Assembly: GCA_964016885.1 (NCBI GenBank)
Contig: OZ024740.1
Span: 147,622,001 to 147,686,000 of the forward strand
Length of the DNA: 64,000 nucleotides
Source of the DNA: Eledone cirrhosa
Taxonomy: Eukaryota
Direction: 5' to 3'
The translations under genes were made by a program, and so were the position numbers. How positions within the stretch are numbered: position 1 is the stretch's first letter; each line of letters starts with the position of its first letter. Under the pieces are notes generated by a model. That model saw nothing but the letters and a program-made list of their open reading frames with translations. It had not been told where the DNA came from and searched no databases. Below, in pieces: positions 59,481-64,000 of the stretch.

Positions 59481-59868
59481 GCTATTTCGTAGCTCTCTGA
59501 AATACAAAGGTCACAACACTTGTGTCCTTCCATGTATGAGCGCGCTTTCTGGAGTAATTTCCAGACCTTTGTATTTCAGAGAGCTATTTACGAAATACTA
59601 TTTGCCAAGGGCCCGACACTGAACAAACTCTCTGAACACTGCCCGAATTGCATGCACAAAAGTTTTACAACTTTCAAATATCTTAAGCCAGTGTTGAAGC
59701 CAGATGGATAAAAAAACAAAAAAACCAAGTCGACAAAATATCCCCTCCACCTCCATCCTACTTTACCCCTACCCCCATCTCGACCCGACTCACAGTACGA
59801 TGGTTATGTAAGTACTTCTTACCTATCTGCTTTTTCCACATGTATAACGTATTTGAATTGTGCCTCTG

Positions 59869-59943
<75 letters not shown>

Positions 59944-59966
59944 ATACGTATATGTGTGTGTATGTG

Positions 59967-60026
<60 letters not shown>

Positions 60027-60562
60027 TATATATATGTATATATGTATATATAGATATATATATGTGTGTGTGTATGCGTATATATCTATATATATGTATG
60101 CGTATGCGGCACGTTTTTACCACCGTCGCAAAAAACCCTTCTGGATTATCTCCCTTTCCCTTCTCCTCCTCACTTTTGGTTGCCCGTGTCTCTCTCTCTC
60201 TCTCACTTTCTCCTGTCTATGTGAGAGGCAGCACGATTATACCAGCTCTGAGTCGTAGCTGACCACCAGGCTAAAGTCTCCCAGGTTGGCCACAACTTAC
60301 TTTCCCTATTTTTCCACGGTTACTCTTTTGCATGTTTCTTTCACCTGTGTCTTCCCACGATGGGACCTGTACACTTTTTTTTCTCCTATTCCTTTCCTAT
60401 TTCCCCCTTTCCCCTTTATTCTTCTCTCCTCGTGTTTTTCCCCCTTGTTCTTCCTCCTTTCCCTCTCTTTCCTTTTCTCTCTCCTTTTTTCTCCACTTTT
60501 TTCTCTCTCTTTCTCTCTCCTTTTCCACCTGGCCTTTTGATTAATAAAAGGTCTCGGGCGCA

Positions 60563-60636
60563 CCCGAACTACACCGATGTCCTGTAATTCAGCGCCGAAA
60601 CATCGGTTCGGGAAACATTTACAGCTGACGATGGAA
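60563..60636 (+). ncRNA. Candidate non-circularly permuted hammerhead, GUC site
   Basis: ACCGATG-TC-CTGTAA .. CC-GAAA-CATCGGT .. TTACAG-CTGACGA-TGG. Confidence 0.7.
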
Positions 60637-60724
60637 ACTCCTTTCTTCCTTTCTCCTCCTGTTCCGCCCTAACCACCACCCTAAACCTTATTTTTAGTAA
60701 CCACACAGCTCCTTTCGTTTCATA

Positions 60725-60795
<71 letters not shown>

Positions 60796-60818
60796 GTGTA
60801 TATGTGTGTATATGTGTA

Positions 60819-61947
<1,129 letters not shown>

Positions 61948-61954
61948 GTATATA

Positions 61955-64000
61955 CAATATATTAATAAATGGAAACTATATTTATAAAACCATATTTATT
62001 TTATTATATATATTTCAAGGGCAACCAAGGCAAATTATGGTGCGCTTTCATCAGATAAAATACAGATTTGTTTTATAAATAAATATTGACATAACCGGAA
62101 AAAAGACAACCTTAACGGTTGGAGCTTCCTGGATAGTAGAGATAATATTTTATTGAGGGTAATACAAAGTTATGAGTAAGTATGCAAATGAGTGTCCGGA
62201 AAGTTGAAAAGATAACGGTTTATTTAAATTAAACTGTTGGAAGAAGATGATATGTAAGGGAGAGAGAAAAAGAAAAGGAAGGAGAAAGAGAGAAGAGGAA
62301 AGAAAGAACGATTATACATAGTGATAGTGAAGATAGTCAAGTGTGAACGAAGAAATAAGTTTTAATGGAAAAATATACATAGCGTAAATATATCTAAGTG
62401 AAAGAAGTGAAAGAAGAAATAAGATTAACGTGGAAGAATAATATTTAGAATGTAGGGTTCATTATGTTGTGATTATAATATTTATAATGATAGGTTGAAA
62501 AATTAGATTAAAATTAAAAATTAAAAATCAAAATTAAAGATTAAAATTTGCCTTAATATTAAAGATTTAATTTAATATTAATATTAAAAATTAAAAATTA
62601 AAAATTAAAAATTAAAAATTAAAAATTAAAATTAAAACAGAAGTATTTATATTATATTAAGATGTATTAGTAATAATATATTGGTTTAGATGTGTATGTT
62701 ATGGATTATAAATTATTTAAATAAATATATAGTATTTTACATTAGAGAAAATCTAGTATAGTTTATTTTATTAAAGTAAGTTTGGCCAAATTATATTTAT
62801 TAAGTCAAAACTTAAACATCCAAATAATTCTAAATTTATGAAAATTTACAAGAGTTTACAAAGGAATAACTACTTAATTAGGTTATAAAAACAGTAAGGA
62901 AGTATAAAGGAAGTTAGAAGTGATTTTTGAAGAACTCAAATGACTCCAAGGATACATAAAAAACCTTTCGAAAAATTTTTGTTTTTTATTTATTTAAAAA
63001 AATTTTTTTATGAGAAGTCATAAAAATGTTTGAAGATATAAAATATTGGAAGATATGAAAATAATGGTTTTTCTATATCTTTCAAAGGAACTTTCAAAGA
63101 ATTTTCTAAAACCTTCAGAAAGATTTTCAAGGAAAATTTTCCTTAAAAGAATTTCAAGTAGTCATATAAAAAAAGGTTATAATCTATTGATAAGTGTAAT
63201 AATATAAAGTATATTTATGAGGTAGAGATAATAGAAAGTAAATTAAATATATATGAATCATATATAGATATAATCTGAAGGATGGGGTTGTAGGTGGTTG
63301 GATATAGAAAACATTATGTAAAGGAGATTAACCATATATTTCATTTTATATATATATCTAAAGGTTGCGTTTAGAAGAACTAAATAAATTATGTCGCAAA
63401 TTAATATAATTATTACTTTTTAGTATAAAGAATATTTCTTCAACGCAAAGGGAGCAATTTTTGAATAGAGCCGTGGGGATAATTTCCCAAGATAAAGAAT
63501 AGTTAATATTTTTGGATTTTAAGTTCCATAATAAGTTGGATAGAGAAATTGAAGATTTTTTTACCAATATTCGTAAAGGAACATTTATGGTTATTGAAAC
63601 GAGATTTGAAACCTGTGGAAGTAGAGCCGACATAGTTAAAGGAATTTTCATTGGTTTTGACATTACAATTGTATACTATATTTTTAACTAAACAGTTATT
63701 ATTTAGAGGACAGTTAGATTTATTTCTACAATTACATTTATCTAAATTTATATTATTGGGAGCCGTAACATTATATTGGATATTGCTAGAGATATTAATG
63801 GTATTCTGGTTAGGTTTTAAGTTTCTATTACTAATTCTATTAATATTACTAGTGGTGGAATACGATAATTTTATAGTATGTCTATTAAATATTGAGTAAT
63901 ACCTATGTGTTCTAGGAAAGCATGTATCTAGAGCTTTAAAGAATAATTTAGCATTAGGAGTTTTAATACTTAATGAGAAAGGGGGAGCGAACCATAATAT
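61955..64000 (-). mobile_element. Penelope-like element 3' part (same family as 26980-30453), intact HHR 61997-62062
   Basis: 63850-64000 nearly identical to the reverse complement of 28254-28410; TATTTTAT CTGATGA AAG..CTT GAAA TATATA TA ATAAAATA. Confidence 0.9.

Overview
AT-rich eukaryotic DNA with no host protein-coding exon that I can support. The SINE, RTE 3' ends and dense (TA)n/(CA)n microsatellites resemble an octopod/cephalopod genome (inference). The window is almost entirely mobile DNA: Penelope-like elements (RT and GIY-YIG remnants, 5'-inverted foldbacks next to (TA)n), RTE and L1/Tx1 LINEs, a Chapaev3-like transposon, a hAT-like MITE carrying a minisatellite, non-autonomous Helitrons and a tRNA-derived SINE. 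The main signal is RNA-level: about 40 hammerhead-ribozyme (HHR) motifs from many unrelated families, read by eye. These include U3-A8 compensatory cores, very long stem II inserts and four ~0.5-kb non-coding retrozyme-like repeat units. Most notable are four motifs at three loci (45.3/45.9 kb, 51.55 kb, 60.57 kb) whose strand order fits a non-circularly permuted hammerhead, with compensatory changes in stem I. All folds are manual and untested.
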